Positions 1 through 7,846 of a stretch of DNA of 21,335 bases are shown here, piece by piece. Positions within the stretch are counted from its first letter, which is position 1. Each line of letters opens with the position of its first letter. The notes below the pieces were generated by a model. That model worked only from the letters and a program-made list of their open reading frames with translations, was not told the DNA's origin and searched no databases. Source of the stretch: Gemmatimonadota bacterium (lineage in GTDB: Bacteria; Gemmatimonadota; Gemmatimonadetes; Palauibacterales; Palauibacteraceae); NCBI GenBank assembly GCA_046758745.1, contig JBHIAV010000048.1:1-21335 (forward strand), given 5' to 3'. The translations under genes and the position numbers were made by a program.

Positions 1-56
1 AGGACTGTCACCCATCAGGGGTGAGAAAAGTGTTACCGATCAACGGTGGGTGTACC
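1..56. mobile_element. IS481-family terminal region (end of an IS that continues left of the window)
   Basis: Two related 12-mers, TGTCACCCATCA (6-17) and TGTTACCGATCA (31-42), then TGTACC (51-56). This resembles the repeated transposase-binding motifs and ...TGTACA terminus of IS481-family ends, with one terminal mismatch. Confidence 0.6.
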
Positions 57-63
57 GGTTGCG

Positions 64-179
64 TTCTAACGAGGAATTGCTGCTGACCAGGTAGGCTGGG
101 TGGTCCGCAACACTCGCCTTGCGGCTCGCGTTGCGGATAAGCAATGTGGTCCGGCAGCAGAATTCCAAGGTGGCTAGGC
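64..179 (+). other. Integron attC site (degenerate R')
   Basis: R'' TTCTAAC at 64-70. GAATT(G)CTGCTG (74-85) pairs with CAGCAGAATTC (155-165) leaving one extra base. R' is GCTAGGC (173-179), so GTT has become GCT. Confidence 0.75.
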
Positions 180-214
180 CGCGTCTCCCGAATTGGGTAA
201 ACAAAGCGCAAACG

Positions 215-673
215 ATGTCACCGATCTGGACATGCCCACTTTGCAACAGGAAGTTTCGTCGAACCAATCAGCGTCATGCTTGCGGCGTCGGTGATCGGAG
301 CACCCTCCTCAAGAACAAGTCACCAGCCCTGGTGAAACTCTACGGTAGTCTCGAAGCCGCTGCAAAGCGCTTGAGCGCGGTTGAGATCGTCACCCGCGAC
401 CGGTATGTGTTATTCCGTACGACGCGTATCTTCGCGGACATGACTTTCATGCGGGACGCCATCCGGTTGGTAGTTCACTTGGCCCGCGAGGTCCACGCTC
501 CCTGTTTCGTTAAAGTGCAGCAGGGTAGGGACGGGCGCGTCGCTCACGTGGCGAAGCTCCACTCAGCGACGGAACTGCGCGCAGTCACACCTTTTCTGCG
601 GGAAGCGTACCAGCTGGCTCGCAGCGAAGAAGCATCCGCAGGGACGCCAACCACCACCGGTGACGCGGTCTAA
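215..673 (+). CDS. DUF5655-like protein with N-terminal CxxC...HxC motif (cassette gene, 152 aa)
   Basis: ATG at 215 just after the attC. Begins WTCPLCNRKFRRTNQRHAC, with FLREAYQ near the end. The stop TAA lies within GTCTAAC (668-674), an attC R'' box. Confidence 0.75.
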   Translation: MSPIWTCPLCNRKFRRTNQRHACGVGDRSTLLKNKSPALVKLYGSLEAAAKRLSAVEIVTRDRYVLFRTTRIFADMTFMRDAIRLVVHLAREVHAPCFVKVQQGRDGRVAHVAKLHSATELRAVTPFLREAYQLARSEEASAGTPTTTGDAV

Positions 674-938
674 CACCACTAAGAAGGGCCGGGTCGAGGG
701 CACGCATGTTTCCGTTGGCGAAGAGGTCCTTGGTGATTCTTACTGTTTCTGCGGGGCCTTGCGGCCGAGGGAGTCTTCGATCTTGCCGTCGCGCTCGTGG
801 AATCTGCAGAGCTCGACGTGACCAAAGTAGACCTGCCAGATGCCGTCGTCGATCGTTTCGAGGCCGACGTACTGCTCGGCCACTTTGGGCGGTCCTAACT
901 GGGGGGTCGCCCGCAACTCAAGCGCAGAGTCGTTAGAC
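668..938 (+). other. Disrupted attC: R'' GTCTAAC (668-674) and right half CGCCCGCAACTCAAGCGCAGAGTC-GTTAGAC (908-938), split by foreign DNA
   Basis: R'' and R' (932-938) are exact reverse complements. No L'' partner for the L'-like arm is visible. Confidence 0.6.
740..885 (-). pseudogene. IS481-family transposase C-terminal remnant
   Basis: KVAEQYVGLETIDDGIWQVYFGHVELCRFHERDGKI matches the recalled C-terminal pattern (vGLeeidDGiWxVyFG..lgrfdE) of IS481 transposases. No DDE core is present. Confidence 0.7.
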
Positions 939-1005
939 CGCATGCCCTGAGAAGCATGAGGAGGTCGAGTCGGCCGGCTCATCAGGCAACAAAAGGGAGG
1001 TTGAA

Positions 1006-1350
1006 ATGGCTGCTATCACTTTTGCCGTACCCATTCTGCCGGGTAAGACCGAAATCTGGAAAGAGGCCATCACAGAGATGATGGGCCCTCGCAAGAGTGA
1101 GTACGAGGAGTCGCGCCGGCGCATGGGTCTCACCAGGGAGGTCGTCAGCCTCCAGCAAACACCTGAAGGAGACTATGTGGTCGTCTGCCTTGAAGGGGAT
1201 GACCCCGCGAGTGTGCCATCGAGGTACCTGGCCTCTGACGTCCCATTTGATCGCTGGTTTGCTGAAACGGTTCTCATCGGCACGCATGGCATGGATGCGT
1301 CACAGGCGCCGCTACCTCCCAATCAGGTCTTCGTGGATTGGCGGGCGTAG
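1006..1350 (+). CDS. Conserved hypothetical protein, 114 aa (possibly DUF6176-like alpha+beta barrel); cassette gene
   Basis: Strong RBS AAGGGAGG before ATG 1006; begins after R' GTTAGAC. FAVPILPGK, QQTPEGD and PFDRWF motifs resemble a widespread hypothetical family. Confidence 0.7.
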   Translation: MAAITFAVPILPGKTEIWKEAITEMMGPRKSEYEESRRRMGLTREVVSLQQTPEGDYVVVCLEGDDPASVPSRYLASDVPFDRWFAETVLIGTHGMDASQAPLPPNQVFVDWRA

Positions 1351-1498
1351 CAGTCTTCGATCGCGGGGCCGGGGGGCAGACGCCGTTCCTGAAACCGAAG
1401 TGCCCGGGGCAGGCTGCTTCTCGTGGATACGCGGTCCTCACGGGAATATGGTCGGCCTTTGGAAGCCGGCCCAGCAAGGCGCTGCAGCCGACCGCTAA
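1351..1498 (+). pseudogene. 3' remnant of a VOC/glyoxalase-family gene
   Basis: AVPETEVPGAGCFSWIRGPHGNMVGLWKP resembles the VOC C-terminus (vPkteiPgxGwfawfxDPeGNxiGLw). It reads into the attC as AQQGAAADR* and has no N-terminal half. Confidence 0.65.
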
Positions 1499-1542
1499 GC
1501 CGGTGCGCGCACCCTAACGGCGGCTGAGCCTGGGCGTTAGGC
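1469..1542 (+). other. Integron attC site (74 bp)
   Basis: R'' GCCCAGC (1469-1475, AAC has become AGC). GCT(G)CAGCCG pairs with CGGCTGAGC leaving one extra base. R' is GTTAGGC (1536-1542). Confidence 0.8.
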
Positions 1543-1580
1543 CGGGCCGTGCGAGAGCTTTTCGCAGAAGGAGGTATCTT

Positions 1581-3269
1581 ATGAAAAGCCTGCGGTGCTT
1601 CCATCTGCTTTTGGCAGGCTTGTTCGCGGTGGCCCCGGCGGCCCGGGCGCAGGAACACCAACACCCTGCCGGTGATGCGCAAGGGCTCGGCCGGGCAGTG
1701 TTTGCCACGTCCTGCACGGCGGAAGTACAGCAGGACTTCAATCGTGCCGTGGCGATGCTGCATTCCTTCTGGTACCAGACGTCGGAGAAGGCGTTTGCAG
1801 CGATTGTGCAGAAGGACCCGAGTTGTGCCATGGCTTACTGGGGCATTGCCATGAGCCGCTTCCGTCAGCTTTGGGATCAACCTGGCCCTGAGGATGTAAG
1901 GGTCGGGCTGGCGGCGCTGGAAAGAGCAAAGACGGCCGGTGCCAAGTCGGAGCGGGAGCGGGGCTACGTGAACGCTCTCGGCCAGTTCTACAAGGATGCA
2001 GACAAGGTGGACCACCTCAGCCGGATGATGGCCTACGAAAGAGCGATGGAAGAGCTCCACCTGCGGCATGCGGACGACCCGGAGGCAGGGATCTTTTACG
2101 CGCTCGCCGTTCTGGGCACCGCCTACTCCTCTCCGCCGGACAAGACCTATGCCCGCCAGAAGAAGGCGGGTGCCACTCTGGAAAAGATGTTAGCGACACA
2201 GCCGAATCATCCCGGTGTGGCGCACTACATCATCCACAGCTATGACTATCCAGCCCTGGCAGGGCGGGCTCTGGAAGCGGCACGGCGGTATGCGAAGATC
2301 GCTCCGGCCGCGCCCCACGCGCTGCACATGCCATCTCACATTTTCACCCGGCTCGGCCTCTGGCAGGAGTCTATCGCTTCCAACCGGGCCGCGGCAGCGG
2401 CGGCACACAAGGATCACTGGACGCGCGAAGAGCTCCATGTCACGGACTACCTGATCTACGCCTACCTGCAGGGGGCTCAGGACGGAGAGGCAAGAAGCAT
2501 TCGCGACGGGTTGCCGAAGATAAGAGCGATGCTGAGAGATGATGCCTCCAACTACTCTTCCGGCGTCTACTCAGCGGCGGCGATTCCGGCACGCTACACG
2601 GTGGAGCGCGGGCGGTGGAAGGAGGCGGCTGCGCTGGCCCTACCGCCGGATATCTCCCCGGGAGGCAGCTCGTGCTGGGCGGAGGCGCCGCTCTATTTCG
2701 CCCGCGGGCTGGGTGGCGTACACACGGGACAATTTACGGACGCGCGGCACTCGATCGAGCAGTTGGAGCATTGCAGGGAGGTTCTGGTCCACGGCGGAGC
2801 GAGCGATGGCGATCGGACCGATGGTGGCGAACTGAATGAAAAGCTCTGGGCCAACCTGGTGGAAGCGCAGCGGCGCGCCGTGTCAGCCTGGTTGGCGCTG
2901 GTGGAAGGGAACGAAGATGAAGCTTTAGCCATGATGCGTTCCGCTGCCGACCTGGAAGACAGCACCGACAAACCGCCAACCACGCCAGGCGCCATCATCC
3001 CCGCGCGAGAACTGCTGGGCGAGATGCTGCTCGAAGTGGAACGCCCGGCCGAGGCGCTGCCCGAGTTCGAAGCTACGCTTCGGGACAGTCCCAACCGGTT
3101 CCGGTCGCTTTACGGCGCGGCCCGGGCTTCTGAACTGGCCGGCGATGTTAAGAGGGCGAGCGAATACTATTCAATGCTGGTGGAGATCTGCCGGCTTGCG
3201 GATACTGAACGTGCCGAACTTCGCGAGGCCAAGAACTTCGTGAAGCAGAAACAAGACGACTCGGGCTGA
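1581..3269 (+). CDS. Secreted TPR-like helical repeat protein with conserved His motifs (562 aa)
   Basis: RBS GAAGGAGG; Sec signal ending ARA-Q. Motifs LHSFWY, DPSCAMAYWGIA, HPGVAHYIIHSYD, PHALHMPSHIFTRLG and PNRFRSLYGAA. Confidence 0.85.
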   Translation: MKSLRCFHLLLAGLFAVAPAARAQEHQHPAGDAQGLGRAVFATSCTAEVQQDFNRAVAMLHSFWYQTSEKAFAAIVQKDPSCAMAYWGIAMSRFRQLWDQPGPEDVRVGLAALERAKTAGAKSERERGYVNALGQFYKDADKVDHLSRMMAYERAMEELHLRHADDPEAGIFYALAVLGTAYSSPPDKTYARQKKAGATLEKMLATQPNHPGVAHYIIHSYDYPALAGRALEAARRYAKIAPAAPHALHMPSHIFTRLGLWQESIASNRAAAAAAHKDHWTREELHVTDYLIYAYLQGAQDGEARSIRDGLPKIRAMLRDDASNYSSGVYSAAAIPARYTVERGRWKEAAALALPPDISPGGSSCWAEAPLYFARGLGGVHTGQFTDARHSIEQLEHCREVLVHGGASDGDRTDGGELNEKLWANLVEAQRRAVSAWLALVEGNEDEALAMMRSAADLEDSTDKPPTTPGAIIPARELLGEMLLEVERPAEALPEFEATLRDSPNRFRSLYGAARASELAGDVKRASEYYSMLVEICRLADTERAELREAKNFVKQKQDDSG

Positions 3270-3334
3270 TTGATGTAGCCCTCAGGATTGGCCTCATGAT
3301 CTCGGTCATGGGTTTTATCGCATTCGGGCCAGGC

Positions 3335-3409
3335 GCCTAACCAATCACTGCGCCGGCCCGGACTTGCTGCTTTGCAGCTCGCCTGCCGGTCGGCTGCAGG
3401 TCGTTAGAC
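3335..3409 (+). other. Degenerate attC site
   Basis: R'' GCCTAAC (3335-3341) followed by CAATCACTGC; R' GTTAGAC (3403-3409). The internal arms are only imperfectly complementary. Confidence 0.6.
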
Positions 3410-3433
3410 GGCTTAGCCGCAGGTCGTTAGACG
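3396..3433 (+). repeat. 15-bp direct repeat GCAGGTCGTTAGACG containing the attC R' box
   Basis: Exact copies at 3396-3410 and 3419-3433 (23-bp period). Confidence 0.9.
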
Positions 3434-3479
3434 ACGCAGCGGAAGAGACGCTTGCTCGCCATTCTACCATCTCTTGCTT

Positions 3480-3515
3480 GGCGCGGCGCCGCAGGTGAGC
3501 CGCCATGCGTTGGGC
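3480..3515 (+). other. Orphan right half of an attC
   Basis: GCGCGGCGCCGCAGGTGAGCCGCCATGC-GTTGGGC, with R' at 3509-3515, directly before the next gene. No matching R''/L'' is seen. Confidence 0.55.
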
Positions 3516-3537
3516 AAACCGGTCCTAAGGGAGAGAA

Positions 3538-4104
3538 GTGCGCCTATCCGATCTGATGTACTCGTTGGCGACGGGTTCCAAGCGCCGGCGTGCGCTCCTG
3601 ACACCTGTCGGGCTCGTCGTGTTTGTCAGCTTGCTGTTCCTGGTCGTCTTCGGAAGTCTGCTCACGGACCGAGCGCTCGGCCTGCCGCGGCTGCTTCCTG
3701 GGGCACTGGGCTGGGTCGTCGGAGTCCCCCTCATTGCAGCGGGTTTGATGCTATGGAGCTGGTGCATCTTGTTGTTCAGGGGTGCGAGGGGGACGCCCGT
3801 TCCGTTCAACCCTCCGCGCGAGCTTGTCGTAGTGGGGCCGTATGCTTGGGTGCGCAACCCGATGCTGACCGGGGTGTTCGCCTGTCTATTTGGGCTTGGG
3901 TTCCTCCTCCATTCTCTCTCCATGGTCTTCGTGTGGATGCCCGTGTTCGTACTATTCAACGCGATCGAACTGAAGCTGGTGGAAGAGCCGGAGCTCGAGC
4001 GCCGGTTCGGTGACAGCTACAGCGAGTACAGGCGGCGCGTACCGATGTTCGTTCCGAGGGCGCCGGGCGTCAGTAGGAAGGACGGGCCGCCTAAGAAGCG
4101 CTAG
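3538..4104 (+). CDS. Isoprenylcysteine carboxyl methyltransferase / PEMT-like membrane methyltransferase
   Basis: GTPVPFNPP, LVVVGPYAWVRNPM and EEPELERRFGDSYSEYRRRVPMF motifs; several TM segments; GTG start after AGGGAGAG. Confidence 0.85.
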   Translation: MRLSDLMYSLATGSKRRRALLTPVGLVVFVSLLFLVVFGSLLTDRALGLPRLLPGALGWVVGVPLIAAGLMLWSWCILLFRGARGTPVPFNPPRELVVVGPYAWVRNPMLTGVFACLFGLGFLLHSLSMVFVWMPVFVLFNAIELKLVEEPELERRFGDSYSEYRRRVPMFVPRAPGVSRKDGPPKKR

Positions 4105-4118
4105 CACCTACAGCCGCT
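4089..4118 (+). other. Degenerate left half of an attC
   Basis: GCCTAAG-AAGCGCTAGCACCTACAGCCGC at the gene end resembles GCCTAAC-AAGCGGCTGCACCTGAC-type R''/L''. No R' box follows. Confidence 0.4.
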
Positions 4119-4170
4119 GCGCTGCAGCAGCCGAAGCGCACCCGATCAGGTCAACCGGGGAGGAAGAGGG

Positions 4171-4569
4171 ATGAGCACACGCGCGACTGCCACGTTCCAG
4201 GTAAAGACTTGGGATGAGAAGCCTTACGACGAGATCGACGAAGGACCGAAGCTCACCCGCGCGAGCGTGACCAAGTCCTTCCGCGGGGACATCGAAGGAG
4301 AGGGGAGCCTGGAGTACCTAATGATCCACCGCGATGACGGCTCCGCCAGCTTCGTGGGCCTCGAGCGCGTCGTCGGCCGTGTGGGGGATCGATCCGGGAG
4401 CTTTGTCCTCCAGCACAGCGGCACCTTCGAGGGGGGTACGGCGAAGGCGACCTGGTTCGTCGTGCCGAGGTCGGGAACCGGGGAGCTGCGCGGCCTGCGA
4501 GGCGAGGGCGGCTTCGCTTCCGCGCACGCGGAGCGCTACCCCATCACGCTCGAATACGACTTCGAGTGA
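4171..4569 (+). CDS. DUF3224 domain protein
   Basis: ATATFQVKTWDE, FRGDIEGEG, ASFVGLERV, GSFVLQHSG and SGTGELRGLRGEG motifs; RBS GGAGG. Confidence 0.88.
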   Translation: MSTRATATFQVKTWDEKPYDEIDEGPKLTRASVTKSFRGDIEGEGSLEYLMIHRDDGSASFVGLERVVGRVGDRSGSFVLQHSGTFEGGTAKATWFVVPRSGTGELRGLRGEGGFASAHAERYPITLEYDFE

Positions 4570-4848
4570 CGCGCCCGGCACGATGCGGGGAGTGCTTCGG
4601 ACAAACTCTCGAGGCCGATGATTTCACCCGGCCGATGCGGATGGGGGCGCGCTGGGTAGACGAGAACTCGAGTTGATGTCAGGAGTGGCGCGGAGGCCAG
4701 GTAGCATCCTGGTCGATAGCGAGATCAACGCGTCCGCTCCAGACCTACTTGAAGATTCTCGGTTCTCACCCCGTGAACCGAGCCGGCATGCAATGACCCT
4801 CCTACTCCTTCCCGGTCCCGTATCCGACGATGAGCTGGAGTCCCGGGC

Positions 4849-5514
4849 ATGATTGCACGGGTCAGCGCGCGCCGGTACAGCCCCGGGGAAGAGATTGCCA
4901 ACAGCGTCATCCACGGTGTAGGAGGTCTCCTCGCAATAGGCGGGCTGGCCGTACTCACCGCGTTTGCGACTGTCAATGGAACAGCTTGGCATATAGTAGG
5001 TTGCAGCGTTTTCGGTGCGACCCTGATCCTGCTGTATGGGGCGTCCACTCTCTATCACAGCATCCAGCATCCCCGTGCGAAGACAGTACTGATGGCCGTC
5101 GACCATTCGGCCATTTTTCTCTTGATCGCGGGCACCTACACGCCATTCAGCCTTGTAAGCCTTCGTGGTCCGTGGGGCTGGTCTCTGTTCGGCGTGATTT
5201 GGGGCCTCGCGATCCTCGGGATCGTCCTCGACGTGACCATATTGCGTGGGCGGGGCGTCGTACGCACAGCATTGTATGTAGCTATGGGATGGGCGATAGT
5301 GGTAGCAGCCAAGCCCATGCTGGCAGCGGTCGCGCCCGGCGGGTTGGTGCTGTTGCTCGTTGGGGGCGTGGCGTATACGGCCGGAATCGGTTTTTACGCC
5401 TGGCGACGGCTGCCGTACCACCATGCAGTTTGGCACTTGTTCGTCTTGGTCGGCAGTGGTCTCCACTTCTTCGCGATACTCTTCTACGTCATACCCAGAG
5501 CGGGGTCGCCCTGA
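4849..5514 (+). CDS. Hemolysin III / PAQR family membrane protein (YqfA/TrhA-like)
   Basis: EEIANSVIHG, STLYHS, DHSAIFLLIAGTYTPF, GGVAYTAG and HAVWHLFV motifs; about seven TM segments. Confidence 0.93.
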   Translation: MIARVSARRYSPGEEIANSVIHGVGGLLAIGGLAVLTAFATVNGTAWHIVGCSVFGATLILLYGASTLYHSIQHPRAKTVLMAVDHSAIFLLIAGTYTPFSLVSLRGPWGWSLFGVIWGLAILGIVLDVTILRGRGVVRTALYVAMGWAIVVAAKPMLAAVAPGGLVLLLVGGVAYTAGIGFYAWRRLPYHHAVWHLFVLVGSGLHFFAILFYVIPRAGSP

Positions 5515-5689
5515 CGACTGGAACGCGACGGATCTGGTGCGGTCCAATTGACCGAAAAGCACGAGGAGCCGAAAAGCCGGAGGACCCTGTTCGGGTCAGA
5601 AAAGGACTGATCTGGGGGAGTCGGCGGCGGGATGCTCGTCCCCGGCCGAGCGGTTGTCCCGGGAAGAAGCGCCTGCCGGGCCTGTCGCC

Positions 5690-7741
5690 ATGACCTCGCC
5701 CGTTCGGCGCCTCCAGCACAGGATCCAGCGCTCCGAGACGACCGGACCCGTCCTTCTCTCCCTCACGGTGGGGCTGCTGGCCGGGGTCGGAGCCATCGTC
5801 CTCCGGCAGCTCATCTCCGCGGTGCAGTGGGTCTTCTTCGTGCAGGGCGCCCGGCTGCCTCGATTCCTCGGTCTTCCCGGCAGGCTCGGCGATGCTCACC
5901 TGCTGCTGGCGCCTGCCATCGGCATGGTCATCGTCTATGCCGTCGTTCGCCGTTGGGCCCGCGAGGCGAAGGGACATGGGGTGCCGGAGGTGCAGTACGC
6001 GGTGCGGACCCGCGGAGGTCGGATCCGGCCACGGGTGGCGGTGGTGAAGGCGATCGCGAGCGCCATCTCCATCGGGTCGGGGGGGTCGGTGGGAAGGGAG
6101 GGGCCGATCGTCCAGATCGGTTCCGCTCTAGGCAGCACGGTGGGGCAGGTGGCGGGTCTCGGTCCGGAGCAGGTGCGGATCCTGGTGGCGGGCGGCGCCG
6201 CCGGCGCGATCGGGGCGACCTTCAACGCGCCCATCGCGGGTGTGATGTTCGCCCTCGAGGTGATCCTGGCGAGCTTCGCCGCCCGGTCCTTCGGCTTGGT
6301 GGTAATTGCCTCCGTGACCGCCACCGCGGTCTCGCAGGCGTTCCTCGGGCGGCAGCCCGCTTTCCGACTTCTCCAAACTTTCTCCCTGGTGAGCGAGAGG
6401 GAGTTCCTCCTCTACCTCGTTCTCGGGCTCTTCATCGGCGTGATCGCGACGGCCTACACCCGCAGCGTCTACTGGTTCGAAGAAGCCTTCGAGCGGTGGG
6501 ATCGACGACCGAGCCTGAAGGCGATGGCGGGCGGGCTCGCCGTCGGGGCCCTCGGCTTCTTCGGCAGCGCCCACATCTTCGGCGTCGGGCACGAGGGGGT
6601 GGAGCTGGCGCTCCAGGGGAACCTGGCGGTCGGCCTGATGCTCATGCTCGTGCTGCTGAAGATCGCGGCGACATCCATCACCCTCGGCGCCGGAGGCTCC
6701 GGCGGCGTCTTCGCCCCGGCGCTGTTCATCGGGGCGATGGCCGGAGGCGCGTTCGGTCAGATCGCCAACGCGCTCTTCCCGACGTGGACGGCCCCGGCGG
6801 GGGCCTACGCCCTCGTGGCCATGGCCGCGCTCTTCGGCGCGGCCGCCCACGCGCCGATCACGGGGATCATCATCCTCTTCGAGATGACGGACGACTATCA
6901 GATCATACTCCCGCTCATGTTCTGCGCCGTGGTGAGCTACCTGCTCGCTTCGCGGATGTCCCCGGACTCGATCTACTCCATCAAGCTCCGCCGTCTGGGA
7001 GGACTCACCGCCGCTCGGACCGAGGTGAGCGTCCTGGACATTGTTCTGGTGGCGGACGCCATGGCTCTGGAGTTCGAAACGGTACGGCCGGACCTCTCCA
7101 TCGAGGAGCTGGCCCGCATGGCGCGTACCCGCCGCATGCGCAGCTGGCCGGTAGTGGAGGACGGCGAAAAACTCGTTGGCATCGTGACGGAGACGGATCT
7201 GGAGCGATGGATTATCGAGGCTGAGAAGATGGGCGTCGAGGTGGACCAACAGGATCTCACGGTCGCGGAGGTGATGACCACCTCCGTCACCACGTGCCGA
7301 GCCGAAGACACCCTTCGCGACGCTTTTCGCCGATTCAGCGAACGCGACGTGCAGCAGATCCCCGTGGTGGAGGGTGAGGGCACGGACCGTCTGGTAGGCG
7401 TGCTGCGCCGTCACGACATGCTCTGGGCGTACAAGGAGCTCAGCAAAGAACATCAGGCCCTCCTGGACAGGGTGGCCGGGGGGGTAAGCGCGTTTCGGGA
7501 AGAGTCCATCCAGGTGGAGTACCAGGTCCCTTCGACGGACAGGAGGATCGCGTACCGGCGCATCCGGGAGCTCGGGTTGCCGCCTCACCTCCTCGTGGTG
7601 CTCATTCGGCGGGCGGAGCGAACCTTCGTGCCACGTGGGGAGACGCGCATCGAGCCGGGGGACGTCCTTGTTCTCCTCACCACGCGGAGCCACGAGGACG
7701 AGCTTCGCACCTGCATCGGAGACTGGTCAAGGAGCCCGTAG
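5690..7741 (+). CDS. CLC chloride channel/transporter with CBS pair and C-terminal TrkA_C (RCK_C) domain
   Basis: GHGVPEV, GGSVGREGP, ATFNAPIAG, GGVFAP, FEMT and SIY motifs; CBS motifs LVGIVTETDL and LVGVLRRHD; FVPRGETRIEPGDVL. An alternative TTG start lies at 5654. Confidence 0.93.
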   Translation: MTSPVRRLQHRIQRSETTGPVLLSLTVGLLAGVGAIVLRQLISAVQWVFFVQGARLPRFLGLPGRLGDAHLLLAPAIGMVIVYAVVRRWAREAKGHGVPEVQYAVRTRGGRIRPRVAVVKAIASAISIGSGGSVGREGPIVQIGSALGSTVGQVAGLGPEQVRILVAGGAAGAIGATFNAPIAGVMFALEVILASFAARSFGLVVIASVTATAVSQAFLGRQPAFRLLQTFSLVSEREFLLYLVLGLFIGVIATAYTRSVYWFEEAFERWDRRPSLKAMAGGLAVGALGFFGSAHIFGVGHEGVELALQGNLAVGLMLMLVLLKIAATSITLGAGGSGGVFAPALFIGAMAGGAFGQIANALFPTWTAPAGAYALVAMAALFGAAAHAPITGIIILFEMTDDYQIILPLMFCAVVSYLLASRMSPDSIYSIKLRRLGGLTAARTEVSVLDIVLVADAMALEFETVRPDLSIEELARMARTRRMRSWPVVEDGEKLVGIVTETDLERWIIEAEKMGVEVDQQDLTVAEVMTTSVTTCRAEDTLRDAFRRFSERDVQQIPVVEGEGTDRLVGVLRRHDMLWAYKELSKEHQALLDRVAGGVSAFREESIQVEYQVPSTDRRIAYRRIRELGLPPHLLVVLIRRAERTFVPRGETRIEPGDVLVLLTTRSHEDELRTCIGDWSRSP

Positions 7742-7846
7742 GCGCTCTTTCATCGCCGCCGCCGTGACTCGTAGGTTGCGGCGGTCGTCAGAGAGAAGGT
7801 CCCGGGGAGCCGGCCGGCGGGGCACAGCGTAGCCGCGGAGGGCATC

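Noticed and set aside
1..4600. Integron integrase, attI or Pc promoter
   Set aside because: No tyrosine recombinase ORF is present in the window.
4749..4806. Partial resemblance to a fluoride riboswitch (AACCG...GCAATGAC...CCTAC) and a hairpin CTCGGTTC/GAACCGAG (4758-4782) upstream of the hemolysin III gene
   Set aside because: The 5' GGnGAUGG..UUCnCC element and pseudoknot pairing are missing, and the nearby CLC lacks the fluoride-type GNNLI/GREGT/GEVTP motifs. An Rfam search would settle it.
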